Below are positions 25,501-39,160 of a stretch of DNA of 64,000 nucleotides, one piece after another. The notes under the pieces were generated by a model that saw only the letters and a list, made by a program, of their open reading frames with translations, did not search any database and was not told where the DNA came from. How positions within the stretch are numbered: the first letter of the stretch is position 1; each line of letters starts with the position of its first letter. Made by a program: the position numbers and the translations under genes. Origin of the DNA: Azolla caroliniana (Eukaryota; Plantae; Polypodiophyta); the NCBI GenBank assembly GCA_043228905.1, contig JBHGNT010000001.1, positions 1,302,001-1,366,000 of the forward strand. The letters run 5' to 3'.

Positions 25501-26348
25501 GTGAAAGTCTAAAGGCTCATGCAAAGCAACATTTTTTTTTTCCAAAACAAAATACCCTTCCATTAGTTTTAAAGAAGTCATAATAGCTCCAATATACAAA
25601 ATTTTTCCCCCAACCCATCTTGTGTATGACAACCGTTGAGGAAACAAATCTATGTACTCCAAAGCAGAGGAAAACAATCAACTAATTTGCAAGCTATTCC
25701 ATAGACACATTTTTAGCTATTAAACAGACAACAACAAAAGTAGTTGCATTCGGAGATAAGCCCTTGCAACTCATCGATTGGAACCATTACAATGCTTTTT
25801 CAGCATGCTATACGCACCAATCCAATTCCAATCAATCTACCTTTATCCAAATAAAAAACGAATGCTACCACAAGCTTTCAAGGTAGATAACAATGTATTA
25901 CATGCCTCTACATTTCGGTTCTGAAGACGAAGCAACCATTTATTCGGTCTATGTTATCTCTAATTAGAGACACAAAAATGTTTTTATAATGAGTGCGAAT
26001 CCCTGAGGTTCGATCCTACCTAGTACGATATTAGATTGTTTGAACACAACACTTATCATATTTGTCAAGTGATCTAAGGCAATAGATCATTGTAACATAG
26101 CACTACCACAAAACTGTCAAGATGCGTATGACAACAGTTCAAGTTTCCCCAAACATGCCACCTCCATGATCTAGGTGCCAGAATAGGGGTTAACATGCTA
26201 CCAGAGACCGACATGTGTGTAGTAAAAATGAGGAAGGCGCCATAACCAAAGCTGGGAAGTGCCTAGAATGGGCGAGCCATACTCTTCTCACAAAATTGTG
26301 GTTCTCATAACTTGCCCACATCTATGTAACATATCCTCCCTCCCACTC

Positions 26349-26412
26349 TACATACATACATACATACATACATACATACATACATACACACGCACGCACG
26401 CTCGCACATACA
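26349..26412. repeat. (TACA)n/(CACG)n microsatellite upstream of the PITH ATG
   Basis: Directly visible. Confidence 0.9.
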
Positions 26413-26467
26413 CATGTAGCTCATGGTCTTCCTCCTCCCCTCTCTTCTTCTTCCAGAGATTTTGGAC

Positions 26468-29400
26468 ATGGCGAGCCGTACACACAGCCACGACTGCTCA
26501 GAGCACGAATGCGAATCTTCTTGGTCTCTCTACAAACAAATCGACATGCCAAGGGTAATCTATCTTACAATATCTGCGTCTCTTTTTGAATCTCTATGTG
26601 ATTGTCGCTATACAGGTAATACGTATGTTGACTTAAAGAATCTTTGGGGGAATCGTGAAGAAATCACAAACGTCAAAATTTGTTCAAATAACATAAACAG
26701 ACTATACCACATGCATTGTAAACAGACCAGTCACTATACCACAGACATGATTGCTTTAATCGATGCTGAGCAGTTGAATTAAAGTAGGTTGGACAATTGT
26801 GTGGACACATAATGCAGATGTGTGTACGCATTATGTATCCACACAATAAATGCCGAACCTACTTTAATTCAACTCCTCAGCATTGATTAAAGCAATCATG
26901 TCCTCCTCGGTACCTTTGTATTCCTCCTATTTGGGCGTACAAAATAATTCGGAAACGTTACGGGAGTCAGAGTTCTGAAATTCGTGAAAAATGTGCTGTC
27001 GATTAATATGTGGGTACCTTTTTAACATGTCCCGTAATCGGATGATTTGGAGTTAGATTTCCTAAGATGGATAGGAAAATTACTCAAATTTTTAAACTTG
27101 CAAAGTGAGTGTTTTGAAAAAATGCAAATTCAGGATCATCATATACTTTTTGTACCTATTCTGATGAATTGGCGACATTTTCTCATAGTTTCCTACATGG
27201 AAAACAAGTACCGAAACTATGCCAAATAAGAAAACAAGTTTTTTCTCAGAGGAGACTACAATATAATGCGTTATAATTTTCATAATTTGATATTCAAGAT
27301 TTGGCATAAGTATTAAAAGTTCTTCAAGCTGGTGTCCTAAAGAAGAGATTCATCATTTGAGATTCAAGAATCATCAAGATGATGCCCCACACAAGAGTTC
27401 CGACAATGTAATATTCTTCAACAAAATGGCCTATACCTATACGAGAGATTAATCATTCCAGAGCCATCCAATATTTTTGTGAATACTCAAAAGGTTCTTT
27501 GAGATACTTGAAGTGATGTTTGCAATTTTTTTGTTTAGAATTATGGTTTGCCACTATCACTACGAACATTTTGGTTGATGATAACACTAGGAGCCAGCAG
27601 TTTCTGTGCCTGTTTCTTGCATGGAAGAAACATAATGATCACAACTTACTGTGTTCCCTTTGCACTCTACCTGCCACTTATGGATTTTCACTGATTATCC
27701 ACTGTATTGCTGACTTCAGCTATTGATTGAAGCTTGGATAATAGCTGAATATCTGATCTAATGTTCAGAAAAGTTTAGCTTCTAGGATTACTTGCATTGT
27801 GCAAAACACAGCTGAAACCACTCTTGTTGTTTTGCCTGGTGAGTGGGTTTCATAAATGGGATCCTCACATTGTAAGGTTTGAGATTGGAGGAACAGCATG
27901 CTCAAAATTTATGTTGAAGCTTAAGATTGCCGAGAATAGATCATGGTTGTAATAGTTGAAGCTTAATATATTGTGAAAGCAAACATAAGTACTAAGATAA
28001 ACAAACTTGTATTGTTGCTAAGGGTGACAATTGTGATCACATAGTCAAAAACATGGTTTCTCCCAAATATATCTATAATCAAATAACTATCAGAATTAAA
28101 TATCTGATAAGTCTAGCAGCATCCTTATTCAGTTTCAATTCAAAACCATATTTTGAGCTACACATTTGGGTTTTATATTGTATTTCATTAGAATCTTATG
28201 GTCAACTGCAGGTATGGGCCTTAAATGAATCGGTAGAAGGGAGTGGCAAGAAGGTTTTTAAAAGCTGGGATGTCAGACTTGAAAATTCGAATGTATGGAT
28301 GGATCATTTGCTGACTTTGAGAGATCTGTTTCAGTAAAATATACTGCATTCTGTTTGTTCATGGATCAAAATTTAAACTAGAAATCAATTGGTGCTCATT
28401 GTTGGCTGAATATTTGTGAAATAGTTCAAATTCATCTTTATATGTATAGGCACCTTGTGCTGGCTTCCTTGACCATTTGTGCTTTCTAGATCCCAGCTTT
28501 GTTTCATTGGATTTATAATAATGAGAATATGAGATTTGTGTACAACTACATTGGGCTACAAAATTTAACTTTAAAGAGGACACGATAGTTGATGATTTGT
28601 GACCCATTGTAGATGCGTACGAAAATGTGAACTGTCATTGTATTCAAAAGAACATCATCTTTATGTTGTTTTCTGTATATTATCTGATGGGATAAATCTT
28701 GTGTATATTCTCAAATCAATCTTCTAGTCAAATTTATTTTGTGAACAATTTAATGCATCTCTGTTTCTGTACAGGATTTTCTGGAGAGCAATGACGATGA
28801 TCCCGAGCTTTTGCTTTTTATCCCGTAATCAAACATATACATTCACATCATTGTAGATGGCTGTAGCCTTCAGTCTGTTTGTCTAAAATATGTTCTGAAG
28901 TTCTTTGACATTCAACATGTGGATTTAAACCCTTAAATTGGGATATTTGCTGTAGATTTACGTGTGATGTGAAAATCAAAAGCATTTCAGTCATTGGTGG
29001 AGATGAAGGACGGAGTCCTTCGAAAATGCGTGCGTATGATTCTCAAACTCAGATTATATGCCAGGGTTTTATCTTATTAAACCATGGACATAAGAATGTA
29101 TTGTTTGTTGCTTGGGAAAATAAAGTTGAAGCTGGTTTCTCCATCAAACAATTTTAGGACATATCTCAAGCATGATAAAAACAACTAATATCAATTTATG
29201 AATGCAAATGTTGAATTTATTAAAGCGGTGCATATGCATATGTTACTTAGATTAACTAGCACATCAAAACTTGTTCTACAATGGTTGAGCTGATCCAGTT
29301 GCGAGATTATGTTGTCGAAAATACTCACCTCTTGGAAGCATAGGACAACGCTTGGAACCCTATAACAGCTACAAAACACTACTTAAAATGCCATGCCCTG

Positions 29401-30385
29401 TGAAAACCCTGAATGCTACCCACGTCTTTTGCCGTGGGACTTTGCAATTTTTCTCGGAAGTGCTATTCTTTGATTGCTGATTTTACTTGTTCCATCTTGA
29501 AAGTGGTGTTTGGTGTGGAAATGGATAATAAGATTTTCCGGGTCTTTAAAACTGGTTTTCAGATTCATTAACCGAGAGGATATTGATTTCTCAGTTGTTG
29601 GAGACATGAATCCTATCCAGGTATTTGCTGTTCATATGGTGCTATTAGGTTTTAATTGCTACAAGTTTTGTGAGACGTTTCTGAGATTTTGCAACATAAG
29701 GAATGGGAGCTTGCAGAAAACTACCGAGGAGAGCTGGAATATCCAACTAGGTTAGAGTTCTTGACAGAGTTTCAAAGAACGTCACTAAACTTGATTCATT
29801 TTCCCAAAAGTCAGTAAACCAAGTTATATATTTGATTTATTCAAAACTATCCTTAGGTATGCGAAGTTCCAGGGAGTTGCAAGCCTTGTTTTGCATTTTC
29901 CCGAAAACTTTGGTGGAGATACTACCCAAATTTCCTTTATTGGATTGAGAGGCGAAGCAACACAGGTAATACTTACGACCCTATATAGAAGTTGTGGTTA
30001 ACACAGAATCAGGTTTTACTTCGGTCTAAATGTTTTCCCCTTCGTTGGTTACCGAGAATCAAATTTATTTTCTATGAATCATAGATAAGAAGAGATGCAG
30101 TTACCAACATAGTATATGAGGCTTATGCTAATCCAGCTGACCACAAGTAAGGGGTTAATTAATCTCTATAAAATTTTATGCTATGTCAATGGTTCATTTT
30201 CTGTTTTATTGATCTGTTAAGGTTGTTTTGTCTGCATGGCCTCAGTTCTTGCATTCTGTTTCATGAGATGTAATTTTGTTTGATAATATCCACAAAGACC
30301 ATTAGATAGAAGTGCTAGATAGTCAAGATAAGATTTCTATTCTGAGGTTTAGTAACAATTATAATTCTACCAAAAGACTTGGGAG

Positions 30386-30436
<51 letters not shown>

Positions 30437-30720
30437 GCTTTGTTTTACTCTCTTTAGGGCTTGATTGGAATCAATTTATTTTTACTTCACCTTGAAATTG
30501 TTGACGATAGCCTTTTTCAATTTTGTATGAAATCAAGTATTGTTGCAATTATGTACTTGCAATTATCTTTATATTCTCTTTATTCCTTATTCAATGCTAT
30601 GTGAAGCTAGTTTTGGTGAAAGTTATTGTACGCATGCTTGGTTCATTATGTTTCTTTATCCTTTGGTTTTTGAATTGGTGCAGATTGCCATCAGGGAGTA
30701 ATGTACCAAGCATACTTTAA
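26468..30720 (+). CDS. PITHD1: PITH domain-containing protein (PITHD1-like); exons 26468-26554, 28212-28292, 28775-28824, 28956-29033, 29563-29620, 29701-29750, 29857-29965, 30085-30146, 30684-30720
   Basis: MASRTHSHDCSEHECESSWSLYKQID|VWALNESVEGS|FLESNDDDPELLLFIP|FTCDVKIKSISVIGG|FINREDIDFS|ELEYPTR|YAKFQGVASLVLHFPENFGGDTTQISFIGLRGE|VYEAYANPADHK. All junctions GT-AG with consistent phases. Confidence 0.93.
26744..26902. repeat. ~159-bp fold-back inverted repeat in PITH intron 1
   Basis: Left arm GACATGATTGCTTTAATCGATGCTGAGCAGTTGAATTAAAGTAGGTT...TGTGTGGACACATAATGC pairs with right arm GCATTATGTATCCACACA...AACCTACTTTAATTCAACTCCTCAGCATTGATTAAAGCAATCATGTC, with few mismatches and a short loop. Confidence 0.92.
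30388..30432. repeat. (CA)n microsatellite in PITH intron 8
   Basis: Directly visible. Confidence 0.95.
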
Positions 30721-31324
30721 GAGGTTGATGTTTCTTGAAGTGCATAAACTGCTCTTGCCACCTTTGGCTATTTACATATATATGTAGGTTTTGATATTTC
30801 ATACTCGAGAAAAAAAAACAGAATGAACTTTACTTCCAGGAGTTTGTATTTTCGATTTTGATTTAGGAATGGGTTGTAAACTTTCATTCCCAAGCATCCT
30901 TTTTGTATTCTGCTTCTGTACAGATTTTCGTGCCACTATGTAACCAAGCTCTATTTCTACAATAACATCGTGCATGTCATATTAAGTTGTATTTCTCGTT
31001 GTCTTGTTTTCTATGTATGCATTTCCCTGTAACGGGAATACAAATATTGTGTGTACATACCATGTAGTAAAACAATGAACATAAAAATATTGAGTGTATG
31101 TATGCTGGTTTCATGATGTATAAAAACTTATACGAGTTTCCTATCTAATGTTTTGATAAATCATGACATAACTATATGATATATCATTCAACTTGTCAAA
31201 GAAAGTGAGCTGATGCAGCATTATCTAATATACCTACCAACATGTCTTCCATAGAGACCAAGCTATATATCTATGTATTGAACCCAAGATATATACAATA
31301 CACATATATGTAAATAGCAGAGGC

Positions 31325-34300
31325 TTAATGGGGGAGCTCTTTTTCAGCTACTTGTTGACTGTTATTGTTAGGCGAGCCTTGGAAAATGAGAGTGAGCTCC
31401 TCAAGTGTCTTACCTTTCGTCTCTGGCATGAAGATGGAGAAGAAGATGATGGAAAAGAAAACAATGCCACCATAAAGGAAGAATGCCCCGGCAGGGGTGA
31501 TGGCCTTGGAGATGCTAAGGAATGTGAGAGCCACAGTACCACTCACAAAACGGTTTACGGCCACACACAATCCTGTGGCTTGAGCCCTCAAACGAAGAGG
31601 AAAGATCTCTGAAATAAACACCCAGGCAACTGGTCCGAATCCTATAGAAAACAATGAAACATAGGCACATATGGCCACTATAGTTATCGACGCTCCAATT
31701 GTTGAGGTACTCTTCATGAAGTGTGATGCAGCCGCTGATACCAATGTGTCCCCTTTGGCTGTGTTGATTCCTAATAGTATAAAGGCTGTTCCTACAGAGA
31801 ATAGGCTTAAGGTAACCCCTCCTGCACTTGCAAGCAGTAATGGCTTCCTCCCCACCCGATCTAGAATGGCTGTGGCTACAAATATGAATATGAACTTGCA
31901 AAACCCGACTCCGACAGTGGCGCCAAGCTTCCCAACTTTGCTTCTCACCCCAGCCTCCCCGAATACCACTGGGCTGTAATATACAACTGCGTCGATCCCA
32001 CATGCTTGTTGGAAAAAATGTAAGCCCAATGAACATATCAGCATTCGTTTCACAGCTGGAGTTGGGTTCCATAGAAGCTCCCGCCACACTCCCGCACCTT
32101 GCTTTTTGGCCTCGCCAAATGCACGATCATACTCTTCAGGTGTGGGATCAACAGAAGGGTCGACCAATGGCGAGAAGCCAACTGTCTCCATGATATCGCC
32201 AAGCCGAGCTAGCGCTTCTTTGAGGCTTCCATTTGAAGTTTTGATGAGGATCTGGCGAGCTTCAGCAATGCGTTTTTGTGTTACAAGCCAACGTGGTGAC
32301 TCCGGCATGAAGAGGACCCCAGATGCAAGTAGGATGGCGGGAACCATTCCGATGCCCAGCATGACCCGCCAGTTGTAAGATGGCGGTAAACCTTCGAGGG
32401 CAAAGTTTACGATGTAGCCAAGCAGGATGCCAAAATTGATGAAGACCTCGGTAAGCGAAACAAGTGTTCCGCGGATGCTGGCCGGGGCGAGCTCTGCAGA
32501 GTACACTGGTGCTATCATCATAGCAAACCCAACACCGATGCCTTCAATGAGCCGTCCTAGCAAAAGTATGCCAAAGGAGTTGGCACCGGCCATGATTGCA
32601 GCTCCAACGAAGAAGATAGCTGCTGCAACAGCCATGGTTAGCCTCCTCCCGATAATGTCGGAAAGCCTCCCTGCCATGGCTCCTCCCACAAGTGAGATCA
32701 GGTTCAATGAACCCACTACCACCTCCTGTTGTACCAGTCCTAGCTTTAGCTCTTGGCTTACAAACAATAGAGCTCCACTCATCACTCCAATGTCTGCAAC
32801 AACAAGAGACCAACTCACACCTCCAATTGTCCGAAAGGTATTTATCACTCATATAAGCTCTATACATGATAACTGGCACTAAGCTTCTTTTCTGCAACCC
32901 AACAATACACCCACTGGTCGTTGGTATCTTTGTGGGGTGCCTGTTTGCCTATGAACTCTTGGATACTTGCTGTTTTGTGAGGCCTGAACAAGTTGGTGTG
33001 GTTTCAGGATGTGACCACGATTGTGTGCAAGGAGCATATTCCTTGAGGGTGTGAAACCATGCCAGTGACGATTGATAAGAAGTGCTACGACTATTTTATC
33101 ACTCAATTATGGTCTTACTGCTAAGGAAGAAATGTTGTGTTATGGGGTGTTTATAATTGACTATCTATCTCGACAGAATGCTTTCCTTGTTTTTTTAAGA
33201 TGTTGGGGATCAAATGTTTGAATTTGTGAATAAACATGAAAGATTAAGCAAATCATTTGTATATTTGGGTTTGATAATCTGGAAATGATAAAAATACATG
33301 ATTTGATCATTTTATTTTATTAGGGAAATTTTCAAATAATATACCGAAATAATTATATCTCTCCTAGGTAAGCTTATTAAGCAGTGAAATTGAAACATCT
33401 TATCCTTGCCTTTGTCTTTGATGTGGGGACAATACGACACCTCATTTTGAATAGACTGTGGCTAATGACAAACAATGAGAATCTTTGCACTCAAATGACA
33501 TTGCTTATAAATTAAGTCCACAACAAAGAAGCATGTTGTGTGTTATGTGCTCATGTAGCTTACGACATGCAAACCTTCCATATCTTGAGTGGCGTATGGA
33601 TTCAAGAAGAGAGGGAAAGAAAGGTATGTTGATATTTCTTTTTAACGTCCACAAGAGACCGGTAGTGATCTATGAGACAAGGTCTAGCCTATGGTGAGGA
33701 TCAAACTTGGGTCTCTCAATTTTATGACTTTGATGCTGCAGTGTAAACCAGCAAGCAGCAACTAGAGAGGAACATATGAAGCTTCATAGTTATATTGTAA
33801 TTCATCTTTAATTTAAAAGATACCAAAAATGTCCATATGTTGAATTTATTAATATCCCTATGTTTTCAAAATTAACTTACAGGTATTCTGGAAAATACTC
33901 GACAAGTTAAGAGTATTTTGATGTTTTCTTGGTGTTTTCTTATGTGTGATGGTTGCGCTACTTTATCAACGAATACTTAATTTTTTATCAGCCATAATAG
34001 TAACGGTATTTCTAATCTAAGGGCATACAAATTAATCCAAGGTACAAGGTGTGAATCCTTGTATGGCTAAAATGGGAGGGAGTCCTAGTGCAACGACTTG
34101 TGTATCTAACATGATGGTGGTAGCATGTCGCATGACATGCATGGATTCACCTGTCTATATAAATACATCTAAATGCTCACTAACAATGCTAATGTTAATT
34201 AGGCATCTATCAAATGATCAAATTGGTACAAAAGAGTAGTTCCAATGGAAAATGAGATTGGTACAAGGTTATGGTCAAGGAACTTCAAATCCTAGTAATT

Positions 34301-36280
34301 AGTAAATTATAAAATGGGTTATAAACAACAAACTTAAACACTCAAATTATGTGATCCTCTATTTCTTGTTTTTGTACCTAAAGCATTGGCTTACTTGGAA
34401 AGATGTTAATATTCCAAAATTGTTGCAAGTGGCGTGGACTCCCTAGCTATCAACTTGGTATCAACATATGTCACCTCTAAGTAACAATTATAATAATTGT
34501 AGTTTTCAAGTGTTCTATAGTTGACGTAATCATAATCAATAATCTAGTAGCTCCTAACCTTGTCTTCCTTTGATGTCATTGCAGCCATACATATGCTTCT
34601 ATCTAGTTAAATCCGACATGGATGGTTGTGTGACAACGTCTATATTTCTTTTTGTACTTTACCATTACGCAAATGGTGGGCCCAAACTACATATGTAAGA
34701 GTCATGACCCAATGGTTTAGGAAATAAGAAGTAAATAATAGAATAATATTTTGCTTTTCAAACTCAACAAGTAAAATTTTAAGAGTTTACTTGCATTCAA
34801 TCCCAAATCGCTCCAATGTGACTATAGAAAAGCAAATAAAGTATTTGGAATTGAATGTCTGAATAAAGTATTTGCAAATAAAGATGTTTCAAATTGAAGA
34901 GGTATGTAAGCTTGGTGAAATATCATGTTATCATTGTGTTTCACCAAAGGCAAAAGGTGTGGCTAGAGCCTCAAGCTTTACAAACATGGTAACATGAGTA
35001 TCTCATATTTATGGTTTTAATGCATACATATGGTTAAGGGGGTCTCAAGTAAACTTTTGAAACCATTTGGTATCAAAAGTTACATAATCTTGCAGTAATA
35101 TTCACACATGTACATTTAGAATCATACTTCTAATAGTCTAATCAATGGTACTATACTTGATGATCTTACACCATGTGAAAGCCATGAAGTCGTGACAGAA
35201 GAAAAATGTGTACACATACATCACAACTACAAATGCATTGATGGCAAGCAAGTACATCAATATTTTGATTCAATTTCACTAAGTTTGTGATATGTCCATA
35301 TTTAGTTACAGCGATGGGAAAAGGATACATGCATGCTCGAAGGAGATACAAACATATAAAAATCAAAGCAGGGTGGCTTGAGATGGTCAAGACTTAATTG
35401 TGTATTTGTTTACAAATTATTGGTAAAATCGCATCAATTTGAACCCAATTAAGACTCACATTTAACTTTTAAGATAGGCACTATAACAATAGCCACTTAT
35501 TGGATCTCATTTAATACCCACAAAGAAAATCGATCCCAATAAATGTGCCACACCTTTTTGGTGGACAAATTATTTTTTTCGGGTTTGAGGCAAAGTGTGG
35601 GAGAGGATTGAAGAAAGATACATTATCATGGTTTATAAAATGATCATTGATAATCACTTAAAAGATATGAAGATTAAGTAGTTGAAGAGTATATAAATGA
35701 ATGATGAATGCTAATTGTAGTTTTACTTTTAAATGGGCTTACTCGAGTGGAAATATATTCAGGATAACAACATATGGTTGTGAGTTCAAATCCTTAATAC
35801 ACACACACATCCTTGTTACATAATATATGGCTTGTCTTAAACTATAAGTTGCCACATTAATGTATCAAACAAATGACCTCACAATCTCCAAACAATTAAG
35901 TCAGAATCACCTCGAGTATGTCTTGTTTTGCACTCCTAGCCTCCTCTGTCTCTTTGGGACAATATTGGTGACTTTGTGGACACTAAACATTTCTAATTCA
36001 TCAATTTGTAAATGTAATGCATTGCATGAAACAACACCATATCACTATTCTATTTTCCAATTCTTCTCTACAGTACAAATGTATAAGACAATGATTGTAA
36101 GCGACAATGGCACAATAAATTTATATAATAATCTACAATCATAGATGACAAAGTAAATAGCTAGAAAAAATAGTATCACTTACCATATCCAAGAAGGGTG
36201 GAGCTAAGGGTGGCAACTATGGTGCAAAGTATCACATACTTCCCAACTACTCTAATGGGTTTCTCCAACTCGACATCCAT
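31325..36280 (-). CDS. polyol/monosaccharide transporter (MFS sugar porter, PLT/PMT-like), ~521 aa; exons 36280-36184 and 32793-31325
   Basis: Exon 1 MDVELEKPIRVVGKYVILCTIVATLSSTLLGY (phase 1, GTAAGT) joins D-IGVMSGA. Motifs SDIIGRR, APVYSAELAP, PESPRWL, FFQQACGIDAVVYYSP, SEIFPLRLRAQ, PETKGKTLEE. Total 1566 nt. Confidence 0.95.
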
Positions 36281-37004
36281 ATCGATCTTTTGATTTGTGC
36301 TATATATATCACCAAGCTTAATTACTTATGATGCTCACAATTATGATGAAGATGAAGATGAAGATGATAGTGGCGATAACATGGGTATAGTTATTACATT
36401 TTGGTATTTGATAATTGGATAAGAGTTTATATTGGCTATGATGATTGCGATGATAATCACATAAATGTTTATCCTTATATGGATGGGTCTCAAATTTGGT
36501 AAACAAAACACACTCACTCACTCTTCGAATACCTGGATCACTTCTTTTAATCCCCCCCCCCCCTTCTTTTTGTATAATATATAACTGTTTTCTTATGCTT
36601 TACTAGACAATTTGATGTACATGACTTCAAAGGATTGGGCGGTGGGCCCACTCTTGACTTCTTGAAGACTATTGCAGTTGCCTTGTCTTTTTCGGTCAAA
36701 ACAATTATTCAATTTACGTTATGAATCATTTAAAGCAATATGCTACTTTGCCCACAAATAAAATATTTGTATTGATTTTCTTGAACACACATTTGTTTTA
36801 GAACTTTATTACAATGCTAAACAAATGGTTAGGGTGATTTTTATGTTCTTAATTGCTCAATTGTAATTAATTAGTCACCCTCGTATGGAATTATGTAACA
36901 ACACGACTTGCCAATACATTTGAGACAAAGAGGACAGATGTCTTAAGGTACCACTTTCCCAATCTCCTCAAACTTTATTTAAATTTCCGTGTGAATGTGA
37001 CCGC

Positions 37005-37500
37005 TACAATATATGCATATTTTTCATATAAACGACAATCCTAGACAGGCTGACAAATTTGCCACATGATGTTCAACCATCATAATGCAATAAATTTCTT
37101 CGGTACTTTAAACAATATGTTTTCATTTGGTTGTACGTGAAATCAACATGATGTATAAGACGAGATGTGTAGTAAATGAGTAAAATGAAGGGGTAGTTGG
37201 AACTTGCATATATATGATTGTTAGTTTTGGTTTATGTAAATTACAAATACAACTTATTATTACAGAAAATCACCTTTTTGGTCTCAAGCATATGTTACAA
37301 TATATTTTTTCATATAAACGACAATCGTGGACAAGCTAACAAAATTGCCACGTTATGTTCAACCATCATCATGCAAGAATTTTCTTTGCCACTCTCAATT
37401 GTATCGTGTTTTCACTTTGTTGTATGTGAAATCGGCATAATGTATAACACCATACATAGGAAATGAGAGGTTAGTAAAATGAATGGATAGTTGAAATACA
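37005..37500. repeat. old imperfect direct duplication (~200-bp units at ~37005-37203 and ~37296-37500)
   Basis: Both units read TTTTCATATAAACGACAATC...TTGCCAC..ATGTTCAACCATCAT.ATGCAA...GTGAAATC...GTAAAATGAA...TAGTTG. Confidence 0.8.
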
Positions 37501-37592
37501 TTATTGTTAGTGTATGTTATATATATGTATAGCAAATTATAGCATGAGCTTGTATTCAGGTTACCTTTTGAAAAAAGCATATTACTTTCATT

Positions 37593-37839
37593 CATAGTAT
37601 GAACCATACGTACCATACGCGCATTCACATTCGCATTCGCGGACGATTTTAACCATTCGTGTAATAAAAACACCCTCAAAGAATGATAAATACCATACTT
37701 TGGATTATCTATTTATTATGAGGTAAATAAGCCTAAAAAATGGAAAAAAACACAAGAATGTTTGAATAACATTCGCATTCGTTTTCCAACGTAGGAAAAC
37801 GAATGTTATGCTAGACGAACACAAATTTTACGTACTATG
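37593..37839. mobile_element. MITE (247 bp), hAT-like
   Basis: Termini CATAGTATG...CGTACTATG; 8-bp TSD CTTTCATT (37585-37592, 37840-37847). A second copy lies in reverse orientation at 59797-60052. Confidence 0.92.
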
Positions 37840-38809
37840 CTTTCATTATGTTCATGATACATATTTGTAGAAGTACAAAGGTCAATGTACTATGCGCAAT
37901 TGACAATGATGCCTTTCGTGCAACTTTATAATATTGCTTTGTGCCCAGATTCCTTTATCACGAGTACTTCATAAATTTTTCCAATAATTGTGGGTATTCA
38001 CATTATATCCTTTAATATTATTGCCAAACTACCACTGAGGTTATGCTAGACATGTCTTGTTCAATTCTACTAAGCTTCACGCAACATTTACAACTTAGCA
38101 AGTAACCACACACTCATTTCTTTTAACTACATGAACATGACCATCTTATTTACAGTAATTGAACGATCAATAATCAACGCAAATAGGTGATTCATTCACG
38201 TCCATGTATACACTATCCCACATACAACTTTGTGCACATGTGATATCATGATTAACGATGAGACACTACTTCACATAAACTTTTGAATGAAAGCATATGA
38301 GTATATATACACACAACTATTAATTTTAAATGTATGAATGAAAGAATCATGTTTATGTAAACATTGATTAACATAATCATACACAAATCCCTCTTTCAAA
38401 ATAATAGATAATGGTAAACTCTTGATGCATCTCAAGAATCAAAGGGAAATGAACACGGTCATAAATTTCCCTTAATTGTATTATAAATAAAATTTGCATA
38501 ACCCTTAAAACTCAAAGAAATAATTCCACTTATAACATTCAATATGTACGAGGGTTTTTGGGGGGGAGACCATATTTTGGGGGAAGATTCACAAAGATGG
38601 TTTATTTAGTGACAATCGCGATACAAATAAGATGCCATATAGAGAAAGACTAGTAGAGTTGGCCTCATGTGAACCCTCTACAACTAGGTATATATAGAAA
38701 TACTTTGACCTTGGAATGACATAGTAATTTTTCATTAATTCTTTCGAGTTATTTATTTGTATTATAGTGTTTATTTATTTATTATCTATCTATCTATCTT
38801 TTTAAATTT

Positions 38810-39160
38810 TTGGAAAAGACACTACATTAGCACAAGAAATTACATACATACAAGTAATTACCCTGGCATTCTAAACCAAAGTTAAGTTCTAGCCATTGGC
38901 TTAAATAAATATATCAGTACAAAGTAAAATGACTCCACCTTATCAAGAACTTGCCTATGAAATAGAGCTTTGTTCCATTTATAATGAAACTTGAAACGTT
39001 GTAATTCTGCATGTTGAGTGTCAATTTTAATGTTATCCAAATAACCTTTGAGAGTTATGCTCAATCTCTATTCAAATTCCCATATTGTCAAAGCGGTCCT
39101 TTCCATAACATTTTGGAATACCGCCAAGCACTTGGTCCTCCAAATATACCAAATCATAAT
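38810..39160 (-). mobile_element. short L1 LINE 3' fragment, related to the 12.6 kb and 59.6 kb copies
   Basis: LKGYLDNIKIDTQHAELQRFKFH...YLFKPMART matches LKGLLDSIKGNTHQAEFKRLEFH...YLFKLMVRI. The 3' end CTAATGTAGTGTCTTTT resembles that of the other copies. Confidence 0.8.

Noticed and set aside
32794-32848. ORF-track N-terminus MINTFRTIGG... of the transporter
   Set aside because: Intronic read-through; the true exon 1 is at 36280-36184 with a conserved LLGY|D junction.
31328-32882. Several antisense and alternative-frame ORFs over the transporter exon
   Set aside because: Shadow ORFs of a GC-richer coding exon; no motifs.
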